From Rubrivivax sp. (lineage in GTDB: Bacteria; Pseudomonadota; Gammaproteobacteria; Burkholderiales; Burkholderiaceae_C): DNA of 64,000 bases. The stretch lies in contig JANMVM010000106.1 in NCBI GenBank assembly GCA_031392695.1, positions 697 to 64,696 on the forward strand, in the 5' to 3' direction. This document shows positions 51,389-61,342 of this stretch, one piece after another. The notes beneath the pieces were generated by a model. It was not told the DNA's origin. It searched no databases and saw only the letters and a program-made list of their open reading frames with translations. Numbering within the stretch: the first letter of the stretch is position 1; each line of letters starts with the position of its first letter. Position numbers and translations under genes: made by a program.

Positions 51389-52656
51389 GGCGCAGCAGTC
51401 GGCGGCATGGCGGCGGCGCGTGCCGCGGCCGCCAGTCGTTCGGACAGCACGCCCGCGGTGAAGTAGAAGAACGCGATCGCGGTGTAGTTGGTGGTCAGGT
51501 TCTCGGAGAACAGGTAGACCACCACCACCAGCAGCGGCACCGTCTCCCAGCGCCGGCCACAGCGCGCCAGCACGAGGCCGATCATGCCCACGAAGCCGGC
51601 GAGCGTGACAACGCCGAACTCGAACAGGTAGCGCAGGTAGTCGTTGTGGGGCACGAGGTGCATGTCCGACAGCCGGATCGAAGAGCCGACGCCAAAGCCG
51701 AACAGCCAGTGGTAGGCATCGGCGCGAGCGAACTCGCTCAGCAGGTCGACCCAGTGCTTGAGGCGGAAGATGAACGACAGGTCCGAGGTCTTGAGCGCCA
51801 GCACGAGCTCGGCAAAGGTCACGGTGTGCAGGTTGATGCGGCCTTCGAGCAGCAGCCGCATGCTGTCCACCACTGGCGTGATGCGCGCAAAGGGGCCGAA
51901 GGTCGGCGCCAGCGCGTAGCCTGCCGCGGCGGCCACCACCAGGGCCAGCAGCAGCCCCAGCTCGCGCGGCCGCGCCACCGTGAGCGCCAGCGCGATGACC
52001 ACCGCCAGCAGCACGCCCAGCGTGCCGAACATGACCCCCACGGCCATGAAGAGAAGCAGGCTGCGCAGCGGCTTGCCGGTGATCACGGTGTAGATGCCGA
52101 GCAAAGTCACGGCGTAGACGGCGGCGTTGTTGCGGTTGGCAAAGATCGAGGTCTCGCGCACGCCGTCGACCTGGAAGCCGCTCTGCACCAGCTGCGCCGC
52201 CCAAGTCAGCAGCGGCACCACGACGAGCAGTCCGAAGAGCACGCGCACGATCGGCCTCTGCCACAGGAAGGCGGCCCCGCGCGAGCGTTCGAAGGCGGCG
52301 CCGAAGATCAGGAAGGCCGGCGCGAGGCTGAGCTTGACGAGGTCGCCCCACAGGATGTGCGCCGGGTTGACGATCAGGCTGCAGGCGATGCCGGTCATGT
52401 AGACCAACCAGCACACCACCACCGCCGTGGCCCAGCGTGAGGGCGGGTGGGCGCGCGTCATCCAGGCGAAGGCGACGAGGCCGAAGATGACCACCGCGTA
52501 GACGTTGGCGATGACCTTGAGCAATCCCGATTGCGCCACCACGGCCAGCGCGAACAGCAGCACATAGGCCGTGAACTGGGCCAGGAACAGCACCGTGCCG
52601 TCGGCCGGCCGCGGTGCGGCGGCTGTGGTGCGCATGAAGGAAGTGGGCCGACGCAT
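51385..52656 (-). CDS. Wzy polymerase / O-antigen ligase-like membrane protein
   Basis: ~10 TM helices, SIFANRN, SFIFRL..W, FGFGVG, PHNDYLR loop. Confidence 0.75.
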   Translation of the reverse strand: MRRPTSFMRTTAAAPRPADGTVLFLAQFTAYVLLFALAVVAQSGLLKVIANVYAVVIFGLVAFAWMTRAHPPSRWATAVVVCWLVYMTGIACSLIVNPAHILWGDLVKLSLAPAFLIFGAAFERSRGAAFLWQRPIVRVLFGLLVVVPLLTWAAQLVQSGFQVDGVRETSIFANRNNAAVYAVTLLGIYTVITGKPLRSLLLFMAVGVMFGTLGVLLAVVIALALTVARPRELGLLLALVVAAAAGYALAPTFGPFARITPVVDSMRLLLEGRINLHTVTFAELVLALKTSDLSFIFRLKHWVDLLSEFARADAYHWLFGFGVGSSIRLSDMHLVPHNDYLRYLFEFGVVTLAGFVGMIGLVLARCGRRWETVPLLVVVVYLFSENLTTNYTAIAFFYFTAGVLSERLAAAARAAAMPPTAAP

Positions 52657-52679
52657 GGCTCGGGTCCGCGTGCCGGGCT

Positions 52680-53978
52680 TCAGAGCGAGCCGGCCGGCGG
52701 CGGCGCGAAGGCCTGGCGCAGCGCGTCGGCGCTGCGCGTCCAGCTGAACTGGCCGCGGATCAGCTCACGCGCCGCGTCGCCGATCTGCGCCTGCCGCTGC
52801 GGCGACTGCAGCAGCGCCACGGTGGCAGCCGCGAAGCCTGCCGCGTCGGCCCCTGTCAGGCCCTGGCCATGCACGCCTTCGTCAAAACCGGCGATGCCGT
52901 TGAAGGCGGCGCGCCCGCCCACCACGGGCAGGGCGCTGGCCATCGCCTCGAGCGTCTTGTTGATGAGCCCGAAGCCCTTGAACACCGGGCTCCAGACGAC
53001 GCCAGTGCCGGCGTAGACCGGAGCCAGGTCGGCGGCGAAGTCCAGGTGCTCGACACCGGCGGTGGCGGCCAGCCGCTGGCGCAAGCGCGGCGACGCGCCG
53101 CCGCCGACGACGAGCAGCCGTGCCGCCGGCTGCGCCGCCAGCACCGCCGGCCAGACCTGCGTGCACAGCCACTCGGTGACGGCGGCGTACTCACCGCTGA
53201 GCTCGGCCACGAAGAGCACCTGCTCGCCGCGCCGGGGCTGGAGCTGGAACAGATCCGGGCGCACGCCATTGGGCACCACGAGACAACGCGCGGCGGTGGC
53301 CGCGCCGACGAGATCGTGCATCGCCTGGCGATCGGCCTCGGTCTGCACCAGCACGCGGCTGTAGTCGGCCAGCAGCGCGGCCTCGATGCGACCGATGAGG
53401 GGCGCACGCCAACCGTCGAGCCAGGCCTTGGCGCGCGCCGCGGCGCCGCCCGGCACCGAGCGCAGGCGCCAGCGGTATTCGGCCGTGGTGCAGTCGTTGA
53501 CCGCCGCCACCTGCAGGCGCGGGCGCAGCGCCGGCTGCGCACGCCGCAGCACCCGCCACTGCGCCACCGCACTCATCGGCGAGACCAGCACCCGGGTGAA
53601 GGCCGCCGGGTCCAGCGCCGGCCCGCCGGCAGCGCGCCAGCCGTGCTGGAACATCTCGCTGCCGGCCAGCTCAGCCAGCGCGCGCGTGGCCTGGGGCCGC
53701 CGCTGCAGCGCCACCGCGGTGATGGCGCCGTAGCGGCGTTCATTGGCGTCCCAGTCGGCCGCCGCCGGCGCCGCACCCCGCCCCTGCAGCAGGCACACCG
53801 AAACTCGCTGCGTGCCGCGCAGTTGCTCAAGGTGGTTGAACAGCGGCAAGGTGATGCCGTTGCGCGGCGGGTAGGGCAGCTGATCGGTCACGAGCGTGAT
53901 GGGCTCGTCGCTCCAGCGGCGGTCCTGCATGCCGTCCTGCATGCCGTCCTTGGGGCGGTCTTTGATGCCGTCCTTCAT
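52680..53978 (-). CDS. Glycosyltransferase family 4-like
   Basis: YPPRNG, VPNGV, GFGLINKTLEAMASALPVV. Confidence 0.82.
   Translation of the reverse strand: MKDGIKDRPKDGMQDGMQDRRWSDEPITLVTDQLPYPPRNGITLPLFNHLEQLRGTQRVSVCLLQGRGAAPAAADWDANERRYGAITAVALQRRPQATRALAELAGSEMFQHGWRAAGGPALDPAAFTRVLVSPMSAVAQWRVLRRAQPALRPRLQVAAVNDCTTAEYRWRLRSVPGGAAARAKAWLDGWRAPLIGRIEAALLADYSRVLVQTEADRQAMHDLVGAATAARCLVVPNGVRPDLFQLQPRRGEQVLFVAELSGEYAAVTEWLCTQVWPAVLAAQPAARLLVVGGGASPRLRQRLAATAGVEHLDFAADLAPVYAGTGVVWSPVFKGFGLINKTLEAMASALPVVGGRAAFNGIAGFDEGVHGQGLTGADAAGFAAATVALLQSPQRQAQIGDAARELIRGQFSWTRSADALRQAFAPPPAGSL
53928..53978. repeat. 12-bp tandem repeat at the GT start
   Basis: Minus-strand units ATGAAGGACGGC/ATCAAAGACCGC/CCCAAGGACGGC/ATGCAGGACGGC encode MKDG-IKDR-PKDG-MQDG(-MQDR). 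Confidence 0.75.
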
Positions 53979-54844
53979 GCGCGCTTGGATGCCGATCGCG
54001 CGCCGGCATCGCTGGCGCCGCTGCGGCGTTCGAGGCGGCGCGTGAGGTAGAAAGCGCGCTCGGTGAGGTAGCGCCAGGCGCCGTGGATGCCGTCGCCATA
54101 GCCACGCAGGGTGCCGCCCGCGGCCAGCACCGTGGCGGCCATGCGCATCTCAAGCACGATGGCGCCGGCCTTGTCGCGCAGCACCTCGGGCGCGACCTCG
54201 GCGCGACCGGTGTGGTGGCGCCAGCCGTGGCGGCCGTCGGCCAAGAGCCAGCCCTGGATATGCGAGCGCAGCGCCGGCGACAGGAAGTCCGGCAACACGA
54301 GCCCCTGGACGCCGATGCTCGGGGCGCCGAAGTCGGGCGCCGAGAACAGCGTGTGCTGCAGCGCCGCCAGCGCGGCGGGCGACAGCCCGAAGGCGTTGGA
54401 GCGCACCCAGCCCGACAGCGTCAGGCCGCGGTAGGCAAAGTCGCCACCGGCGGCTTCGACATGGCCGACGAGTTCGGTGGCACCGGCGCCGCCGTGCTCG
54501 GCAGCGCGGCGCAGCGCCGCCAGCTCGCCCCGCCGCAGCGGATAGTGCAGCCCGGCGGTGTCGTTGAAGACCGTGACCGCGCCGCGCCAGCCCTGGCTGC
54601 GCAGCCGGTCGAGTCCGGCCTGGTAGGCGCCGAACTCCCAGCCGCGGCCATCGTAAGCCAGCGCGCTCAAGCCGGCCCCGGGCAGCGCACCCCGCACATC
54701 GGCAGTGCCGACCCGCGGCGAGCAAACGAGCACGACCTGGGCGTCACGCCGGTCGCCCAGGAAGCGGCCGAGCGTGCGCACCAGGTGCGCCACGCGCCGC
54801 GGCTCGTAGACATAGCCGATCACGGCCAGGGGTTCGCGGTTCAT
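53975..54844 (-). CDS. Hypothetical protein in EPS operon (possible glycosyltransferase)
   Basis: Translationally coupled to the downstream GT (ATGA). GWEFGAYQAG...VTVFNDT motif pair. Confidence 0.7.
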   Translation of the reverse strand: MNREPLAVIGYVYEPRRVAHLVRTLGRFLGDRRDAQVVLVCSPRVGTADVRGALPGAGLSALAYDGRGWEFGAYQAGLDRLRSQGWRGAVTVFNDTAGLHYPLRRGELAALRRAAEHGGAGATELVGHVEAAGGDFAYRGLTLSGWVRSNAFGLSPAALAALQHTLFSAPDFGAPSIGVQGLVLPDFLSPALRSHIQGWLLADGRHGWRHHTGRAEVAPEVLRDKAGAIVLEMRMAATVLAAGGTLRGYGDGIHGAWRYLTERAFYLTRRLERRSGASDAGARSASKRA

Positions 54845-54872
54845 CGCTCAAGCCGCGGTGCGGTGCCTGGCC

Positions 54873-55625
54873 TCAAGATGCGCCGGGCCGCCTGGCACGC
54901 GCCGGGTCGCCGGCGATCCAGGCCCGGCTCGCCGCCGGCAGGCTCGCCAGCAGCTCGCGGATGAAGCGATCCTGGTCGGCAAAGGCGGCAACGGAATCGC
55001 GGTTGACCGAAGAGACGCGAAACAGCAGCCCGTCCGGCACCACGCGCTGCAGGCCGTACTCGAGCTCGATGAGCCGGCGCTCGAAGCCGCCGAGCGAGAT
55101 GCGGTCACCGATGGTCACCCAGTAGGTCAGCGGCTCCGGCCGCTGCGGCGACAGCGAGGTCTCCAGGCGCCGCACCGGCAGCATGCCGTGCAGCGTGGAC
55201 ACGGTGGCCAGGCGGCTCGACTGGATCTGGAAGCCCTGCGCCGGGTAGCAGATCTCGGGGTAGTGCACGGCCATCGCGGCACGCTGGTCGTCCCCGTAGG
55301 CGATCGACAACATCACCACCGCGCCGCGCGAGTTGACGTAGGCCCGGCTCAGCGTCTGGGTGTAGATGCGCGACAGCGTCTCGATGGCCTGCGGGTTGGG
55401 CAGCACCACACCGCCGCTCCTGAGCAGGCGCCAGTCGCCGAAAGCGGTGGGCACGAGCTGCTCCAGCTGCACGCGCGGCCTGTCGTCGGCCAGCTTGTGG
55501 ACCGGCCGCCCAAGCTCGGACAGCAGCGCCACCAGCAGCATCACGCCACACATGAAGAGCGCCTGCATCAGGCCGCGCGGCAGGGCCACGGCAGCCGTTG
55601 GCGTGGACGGTGGCGAGCTCATCAT
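54873..55625 (-). CDS. epsI: Exosortase-associated protein EpsI (B-type)
   Basis: VPTAFGDW, IYTQTLSRAY, MLSIAYGDDQ, HYPEICYPAQGF, EPLTYW, DGLLFRVS. Confidence 0.9.
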   Translation of the reverse strand: MMSSPPSTPTAAVALPRGLMQALFMCGVMLLVALLSELGRPVHKLADDRPRVQLEQLVPTAFGDWRLLRSGGVVLPNPQAIETLSRIYTQTLSRAYVNSRGAVVMLSIAYGDDQRAAMAVHYPEICYPAQGFQIQSSRLATVSTLHGMLPVRRLETSLSPQRPEPLTYWVTIGDRISLGGFERRLIELEYGLQRVVPDGLLFRVSSVNRDSVAAFADQDRFIRELLASLPAASRAWIAGDPARARRPGAS

Positions 55626-56515
55626 CACGGCAGGGCCAGGCGCGCCTGGCGCGCGCGCACGAAGGCCCGCGTGGCGGTGTCGGCCGCGATGGTCAGGCTC
55701 AGCGCGGCCAGGAACAGCACCATGCCGGCAAAGCCGTGCAGGAAGCCCTGCCCGGCGGCGTCGCCAAAGTGGTAGGTGATGAGGGTCAGCGTGATGACGC
55801 GGATGACGTTGGCGGTGAAGCTGATGGGCACGATCAGGATCGCCAGCGTGACGTTGCGCAGCGCCGACTCGTGGCGCACGAGGTTGAGGTACAGCAGGCC
55901 CAGCGCTTCCAGTGTCAGCAGCGTGTTCAGGCCGGCACAGGCATCGGCCACCAGCAACTGGTAGGGGCCCACCTGCAAGATGACGCCGGTGCGCGCAATC
56001 GGATAGCCCGCGAGGTGCAGGACCCATTCGGCCGCGCCCGAAACGGCCAGCTTCATGGGCTGCGTGAGGGTGTCCACCACGACCCCCGGCAGGGGCACCA
56101 TGAAGAGCATGAAGAAAAGCGGGAACCACACCGCCTTGAGCGCCGCGGTGCCGCGAAACAGCAGGATCGTGCCGGTCAGCAGCCACAGCAGCGAGCCGAC
56201 TTCGAACATCTGGATGCCCTGCGTGCGGCCGAGCCCGTAGAGCAGCATGGCGACGACGAAGCAGGCCCAACCGGCCAGCGGCGCCGGTGCCGGCGCGAGC
56301 GCGGCCAGCGTCGGCACCTTGCGCCACAGCAGCCAGGCCGCGATGGCCAGCACGAGCGGACCGTGGCCCTGCTGGTCGGTGCCCCAGATGCCGAGCACGA
56401 GGTCGGTGAATGAAGGCACGTACAGCACCAGTGCGCCCAGGCCGACGATGAGCCAGGGCGCCAGGGGCGACTGCAACAGCGCGGCCGGCTTGGCTGGCAC
56501 GATGGCCGCGCTCAA
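55625..56515 (-). CDS. xrtB: Exosortase B (EpsH)
   Basis: QGHGP, VADACAGL (catalytic Cys), ANVIRV (Arg), FLHGFAG (His). Located in the EpsDEFGHI operon. Confidence 0.92.
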   Translation of the reverse strand: MSAAIVPAKPAALLQSPLAPWLIVGLGALVLYVPSFTDLVLGIWGTDQQGHGPLVLAIAAWLLWRKVPTLAALAPAPAPLAGWACFVVAMLLYGLGRTQGIQMFEVGSLLWLLTGTILLFRGTAALKAVWFPLFFMLFMVPLPGVVVDTLTQPMKLAVSGAAEWVLHLAGYPIARTGVILQVGPYQLLVADACAGLNTLLTLEALGLLYLNLVRHESALRNVTLAILIVPISFTANVIRVITLTLITYHFGDAAGQGFLHGFAGMVLFLAALSLTIAADTATRAFVRARQARLALP

Positions 56516-57441
56516 CGCTCGTTGAAGACCACGCCGGCCACCTTTGCCGGGCTGCCCGAGAAGCTGGCCACCAGCTCCTGCAGCGCGCTGAACTGGCTGC
56601 GATCCTTGCGCGCGATGAGCACCGCGGCACCGCAGCGCGCAGCGATGACGCTGGCATCGGCGCCGCGGGTGGCCGCCGGTGTGTCGACGACGACGTGGTC
56701 GAACTTGCTCGCCAGCTCGCGCATCAGGTGGCCGAAGGCCGCTCGCTCCACCAGTTCGAGCGGGTTCGGTGGCGTGGTGCCCGCCGGCAGCACGAACAGG
56801 CTCGGCACCGCGGCCACCTGGGCGATGGTGTCGTGATTGGAGCGGCCCGACAGGATGCCCGACAGGCCGGCCCGGTTGCTGAGTCTGAAGATGTCGTGCA
56901 CGCGCGGGCCGCGCAGGTCGGCATCCACCAGCAGCGTGCGCCCGCCCAGTTGGGCCAGCGCCACGGCCAGGTTGCTGGCGCAGTAGGTGCGGCCGTCGCT
57001 CACGTCGGGGCTGACGAAGGCCAGCGCCCGACGCGTGTCGACATCGGCGAAGGCGCGCATCATGAGCTGCGAGCGCAGGCTGCGAAAGTGCTCGGCACGC
57101 TCGCCGAAGGGGTCGTTCAGCGCCACCAGCTCGGGGCCGAGCTTGCGGTCGTCCTCGGCGGCATAGGGGTAGTCGAACTGCTGCGCCAGCGCGAAAAGCA
57201 CGTCTTCCTTGGACGCCAGCCCGAGTGCCACCGCGGCCTCGCCAAAGCGCACGCCATGCTGGCGCTGGTGCTGCAGGATGCGCTCAACCTGTTCGGGCTT
57301 GAGGTTGCGCAGGTCGGCGAGGTAGTCGCCGATCGAGCGCTCGTGGTCCTCGGCAATGGCGCCCGGCGGCAGGCCCTGGGTCGGCGCCGACGCGACTTCC
57401 ACCAGCGACGGATCGGGCGCGGAGTCACGGAACTTGGCCAT
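56512..57441 (-). CDS. epsG: Chain-length determinant tyrosine-kinase-like protein EpsG
   Basis: EHFRSLRSQL, DGRTYCASNLA Walker A-like, LLVDADLRGP, VVVDTP. Confidence 0.88.
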   Translation of the reverse strand: MAKFRDSAPDPSLVEVASAPTQGLPPGAIAEDHERSIGDYLADLRNLKPEQVERILQHQRQHGVRFGEAAVALGLASKEDVLFALAQQFDYPYAAEDDRKLGPELVALNDPFGERAEHFRSLRSQLMMRAFADVDTRRALAFVSPDVSDGRTYCASNLAVALAQLGGRTLLVDADLRGPRVHDIFRLSNRAGLSGILSGRSNHDTIAQVAAVPSLFVLPAGTTPPNPLELVERAAFGHLMRELASKFDHVVVDTPAATRGADASVIAARCGAAVLIARKDRSQFSALQELVASFSGSPAKVAGVVFNER

Positions 57442-58871
57442 CAGGCACCCTTGCTCGGTTGGGGCAGCGGCGTCAGCAGCCGCTGCTGCAGCGCCGACAC
57501 GCGCCGCGCTGCGCGGCCAGCGCTGCCACCGCTGCCCGGCAGCACGGCGATCACCGGCAGGCCGAGCGCAGCCACGACATCGCCGACCGACCGCACGCGC
57601 CGGTTGCGCAGCTCCAGCAGCAGCACCAGGGCCACCGCCAGCAAGCCGCCGATGACGACCGCCAGCAGCATGTTGAGCAGCACGCGCGGCGTCGCCGCCT
57701 CGAGCGGCGCCACCGCCTTGGTGAGCTGGTTGACGTTGCTCTGCGTGGTCTGGCTTTCGAGGCTGGTCTGCGTGAAGCGCTGCAGGATGGCGTCGTAGGT
57801 GCGCTGGGCATTCTCGACTTCGCGCAGCAGCACCAGGCCCTCGTCGCGCACGGCCTTCATGCCCAGCACCTTCTGGCGCTGCGCTTCGAGCGAGCCGCGG
57901 ATCTCGGCCTGGCGCTGGCGGTTGATGGTGTTGGACACCGTCACGCCGCCCGTGACCTTGCTGGTTTCGGCCACCAGGCGCTGGCGCAACTCGGCGACGT
58001 TGGCGCGCGCTTCCTGCACCTGCGGGTGGTTGTCGCCGAGCCGCGTTCCGAGCTGCTGCAGCGCAGCTTCGCCGCGGTTGATGTCGGCCTTGAGGGCGCC
58101 GACGATGGGGTTGTTCAGCACCTCTTGCAGCCGGTCGGCATCGCGGCCCTGGGCCTGCGTCTGGCGGCTCGTCGATTCGGCCGAGATCGCCTGCACCGCA
58201 GTGAACTGCGACGACAACTCGTTCAGGCGCGCGTTCTCGACGTCCAGCCGCTCGTCGGTGGCGATGATGGCCTTGTCAGCCTGGAACTTGCTGACTTTGG
58301 ACTGCGCGCGCTCGAGCGCCTCGCGCGCTTCGCGCGAGCGGGTCTCGAAGAAGCTCGAGTACTGGCGCGCCGGGTCGACACGCAGCTCCAGCGTGGTGTC
58401 GACATAGGCCTGCACGAAGGCGTTGGCCAGCGCCGCCGCGAAGGCCGGGTTGGCGGCCTTGTAAGTGATGGCGATGACACTGCTCTCGCGCGAGGGCTCG
58501 ACGTCCATGCTCTTTTGGAACACGCCGGCGAGCCAGCTCTCGATGCTGCCCTGGCCCTTGGCCTCGTCCAGCCACTGCTGGCGCACCTGGGGATTTTCGT
58601 TGAGCTTGAGGTTGCGCACCACGCGCTCGGCGACGCGGTCACTCTTGATGATGTCGACCTGGGTGGCCATCAGCGCCGGCGAGCCGACGCCGCCGTAGAT
58701 GGCGGCGCTGATCGGGTCGGGCTTGAAGTCGACGACCACGCTGGCCATCGCCTTGTACTGCTTGGGGATCGCCAGGCTGACGATCAGCGTGCCCAGCACG
58801 GTGGCCACCAGGATCAGTGCCGCCAGCCACCAGCGGGCGCGCAGGATGGAGAGGAATTGCCCGAACGTCAT
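57441..58871 (-). CDS. epsF: Chain-length determinant protein EpsF
   Basis: MTFGQFLSILRARW, MATQVDIIKS, coiled-coil periplasmic region, two TM helices. Confidence 0.9.
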   Translation of the reverse strand: MTFGQFLSILRARWWLAALILVATVLGTLIVSLAIPKQYKAMASVVVDFKPDPISAAIYGGVGSPALMATQVDIIKSDRVAERVVRNLKLNENPQVRQQWLDEAKGQGSIESWLAGVFQKSMDVEPSRESSVIAITYKAANPAFAAALANAFVQAYVDTTLELRVDPARQYSSFFETRSREAREALERAQSKVSKFQADKAIIATDERLDVENARLNELSSQFTAVQAISAESTSRQTQAQGRDADRLQEVLNNPIVGALKADINRGEAALQQLGTRLGDNHPQVQEARANVAELRQRLVAETSKVTGGVTVSNTINRQRQAEIRGSLEAQRQKVLGMKAVRDEGLVLLREVENAQRTYDAILQRFTQTSLESQTTQSNVNQLTKAVAPLEAATPRVLLNMLLAVVIGGLLAVALVLLLELRNRRVRSVGDVVAALGLPVIAVLPGSGGSAGRAARRVSALQQRLLTPLPQPSKGA

Positions 58872-58893
58872 CTCTCGCGCTCCCTCGGAAGAA

Positions 58894-59727
58894 TCAGAAG
58901 AGGCTCTCGCGCACGAAGACCACGTCGCCTTCGCGCAGCCCGTCGGCCATGCCCGGCTCGATGACCTGGACCTTGCCATCCGGGCCCTTGCGGTGGACGC
59001 GGATGCCCTTGTCGGTGCCGCGCGCGCTGAGGCCACCGCCGGTGGCCAGCGCCTGCAGCAAGGTCATGTCGCGCTCCAGCCGGATCGGCCCCGGGCGCTG
59101 CACCTCACCGTAGATGTACACGATGGGCTGGCGGTCGACCCATACTGTGTCGCCGTTGAGGATGAAGAAGTCCTTGGCCGCACCGCCGGTGGCAAACAGC
59201 GTGGGCAGGTCGACTTCCTGGCGGAAAGGCTGGCCCTGGCGCGTGCCGGTGATGACCACCAGGTCGGCGCCGCCGGCGGCCGTGCCGCCGGCCATCGCCA
59301 GCAGGTCGGTCAGGCGCATGTCGGCGACCTCGATCGGGTAGCGCCCGGGCCGGTTGACCTGCCCGAGCACGCTGGCCTGGTTGCCGCGCACCTGCAGCAC
59401 CACGATCGTGACCTGCGGGTTCTTCACGAAGTTGCCGTTGCGCAGGCCGTCGGCGATGCGTTTTTCGGCCTCGGTCACGCTTTGCCCGCCCAGCTTCAGC
59501 AGCCCCAGCAGCGGGTAGGAAATGACGCCGGCTTCGGTGACGCGGGTCTCAAGCGTCAGGTCGGGGTTCTGGAACACCGAGACGCGCACCACGTCGCCCG
59601 CGCCCAGCCGGTACTCGGTGGGCGCCACGGCAGCAGCGGCGGCTGTCGGTTGCGCCTGCACGCCGCGGCCCAGCAGCAGTGCAGCGACGAGGGCGGCGAC
59701 GAGGGTCGGGGCCAGGCCGGCCATCAC
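58894..59727 (-). CDS. epsE: Polysaccharide export protein EpsE (Wza-like)
   Basis: YRLGAGDVVRVSVFQNPDL, GQVNRPGRY, GEVQRPG, SLBB repeats. Confidence 0.92.
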   Translation of the reverse strand: MMAGLAPTLVAALVAALLLGRGVQAQPTAAAAAVAPTEYRLGAGDVVRVSVFQNPDLTLETRVTEAGVISYPLLGLLKLGGQSVTEAEKRIADGLRNGNFVKNPQVTIVVLQVRGNQASVLGQVNRPGRYPIEVADMRLTDLLAMAGGTAAGGADLVVITGTRQGQPFRQEVDLPTLFATGGAAKDFFILNGDTVWVDRQPIVYIYGEVQRPGPIRLERDMTLLQALATGGGLSARGTDKGIRVHRKGPDGKVQVIEPGMADGLREGDVVFVRESLF

Positions 59728-60686
59728 TTGAGCCCCAGTCCCTTGTTGATGTCGGTCGCGCTCAACCCGGCGCTGGCTGCCGACGCCGGCGCCGGGCTGA
59801 CGACGGCCGCCGCCGGCGCTGAGGCCGCGGCTTCGGCGAACTTGCCCACGTACTCGATCTTGGCTGCGGTGCGCAGCGCCTTCAGGTCGTCTTCGACGAG
59901 CTTGCGCTTGCGATCGTTGAGCAGGAACTGCTCGATCGCGGGGCGCGCCTGCTCTTCGGTCGCCGGCTGCAGGCTTGAGCCCGCCAGCACCACCACCTGC
60001 ACGCCGTTGGCCGCCGGCACGACCATCGCCTGGCCGTCCTTCATGCGCGCCATCGCATCCAGCGTGTTGAAGGGCAGTTGCTCGGCAGCGCGCACGGCCT
60101 GGTTGCCGGCAAAGCGCAGGCCGCTGGCCTTGAGGTATTCGATGAACTCGTTGATGTTCTTGGCCGCGGCCAGCTTGTCGCGCAGCTCCTGCACCTGCTC
60201 GGGGCGCGCCTCGACGGAGATCTCCTGGATGCTGTAGACGCGGCGTTCGCGGAACAGCGCCGGCTTGTCGTCGTAGTACTTCTTGATCTCCTCGGCGGTG
60301 GGCTTGGGCGCGGCCTCGCCGACCTTGTCGATGTAGCCGCGGGCCAGGATCTCGCGCCGCGCCGATTCGAGCTGCTGCATCACGCGGGGGTCGCGGTCGA
60401 CCTTGAGTTCGTCGGCCTTCTGCAGCGCCAGTTGCTGGTCCACCAGGCGCTCGAGGATCTGCCGCGTGGCGGCGTCGGTCTGCTCGGGCCGCAGGTTGCG
60501 CTGCTGCTGCAGCACATAGTTGATCTGGTGGACGGTGATTTCGTCCTTGTTGACCTTGGCGGCGGTCTGGCTCGCGGCCTTGTCCTTCCTGTCACCGCAG
60601 CCCACCAGCAGCGCGGCGGCGGCCACAACGGCCAGAGGGAGCCAACGGAGCGACGGGGTGGCGGCGTGCAGGGGTGGGCGATTCAT
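59724..60686 (-). CDS. epsD: EpsD-family peptidyl-prolyl isomerase-like lipoprotein
   Basis: Lipobox LVGC, SQTAAKVNKDEITVHQIN, LERLVDQQLALQ. Confidence 0.88.
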   Translation of the reverse strand: MNRPPLHAATPSLRWLPLAVVAAAALLVGCGDRKDKAASQTAAKVNKDEITVHQINYVLQQQRNLRPEQTDAATRQILERLVDQQLALQKADELKVDRDPRVMQQLESARREILARGYIDKVGEAAPKPTAEEIKKYYDDKPALFRERRVYSIQEISVEARPEQVQELRDKLAAAKNINEFIEYLKASGLRFAGNQAVRAAEQLPFNTLDAMARMKDGQAMVVPAANGVQVVVLAGSSLQPATEEQARPAIEQFLLNDRKRKLVEDDLKALRTAAKIEYVGKFAEAAASAPAAAVVSPAPASAASAGLSATDINKGLGLK

Positions 60687-60907
60687 GGGCGGGTCCTATC
60701 GTTTGGGCGCGGGGACGATTCGCTGCCGGGCGGCACCGCCGCAACGGCCTGCGCGGGGATCCTGCAAGGCCTGCTGGAGTGCGGCGATCCGGCTCGAATC
60801 AAGCGGCGCAGTGTAACCCTTGCCTCGTGACGGCACCGCGCCGCCGGACCCCTCGAACTGGGTGCCAGCGCGGGGGCCTTTTTGCGCCGGCCGGGCGCGT
60901 CGCCGGC

Positions 60908-61342
60908 TCAGCACAAGGACTGCACGCGCGCCAGCTGCCAGCCCCGTCCGGCGGCCTTTTCGTTGGCCAGCAGCCAGAGCTCGCGAAACGGCGCTGCGGC
61001 CTCGTCGAGCTCTTCGCGCATCCAGCCGCTGAATTCGACGCTGGCCAGGTAGCCACCCTGCAACTCCTCGAGATCCAGCAAGCGGGCCTGGAGTTCGAGC
61101 ACTTCGGTGTGGTTGGGTCCGGGGCGGCGCTGCTGGAGTTGCTGGCGCAACTCATGCATCAAGGGCTCGCTGGCCAGCACGCCCAGGGCCGGCAGATCGG
61201 CGCGGTCCCAGGCCGCCTGCATCTGCAGGAAGCTTTGCCTGGCAACCTGCAGGAAGGCCTGCAGGTCGCCCGCGCGGTCAGCGCTGGCGGGCCGCGCGCG
61301 GGCTGCGACGCGGCGCCGCAGGTGGCCGAGCCGGTTCAGCAC
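60908..61342 (-). CDS. Tim44-like domain protein (short)
   Basis: [37 protein letters not shown]. Directly after ubiE. Start uncertain. Confidence 0.7.
   Translation of the reverse strand: MLNRLGHLRRRVAARARPASADRAGDLQAFLQVARQSFLQMQAAWDRADLPALGVLASEPLMHELRQQLQQRRPGPNHTEVLELQARLLDLEELQGGYLASVEFSGWMREELDEAAAPFRELWLLANEKAAGRGWQLARVQSLC

Noticed and set aside
56980-57010. EpsG Walker A reads DGRT instead of GK[S/T]
   Set aside because: I recall Arg at this position being common in EpsG-family proteins, so it is not evidence of strain-specific inactivation; needs an alignment to confirm
60852-60867. Sigma54-like TGGCACCCAGTTCGAG upstream of epsD, with a nearby TTACA half site
   Set aside because: Lacks the invariant -12 GC, and the half site lies downstream of it, the wrong order for an enhancer
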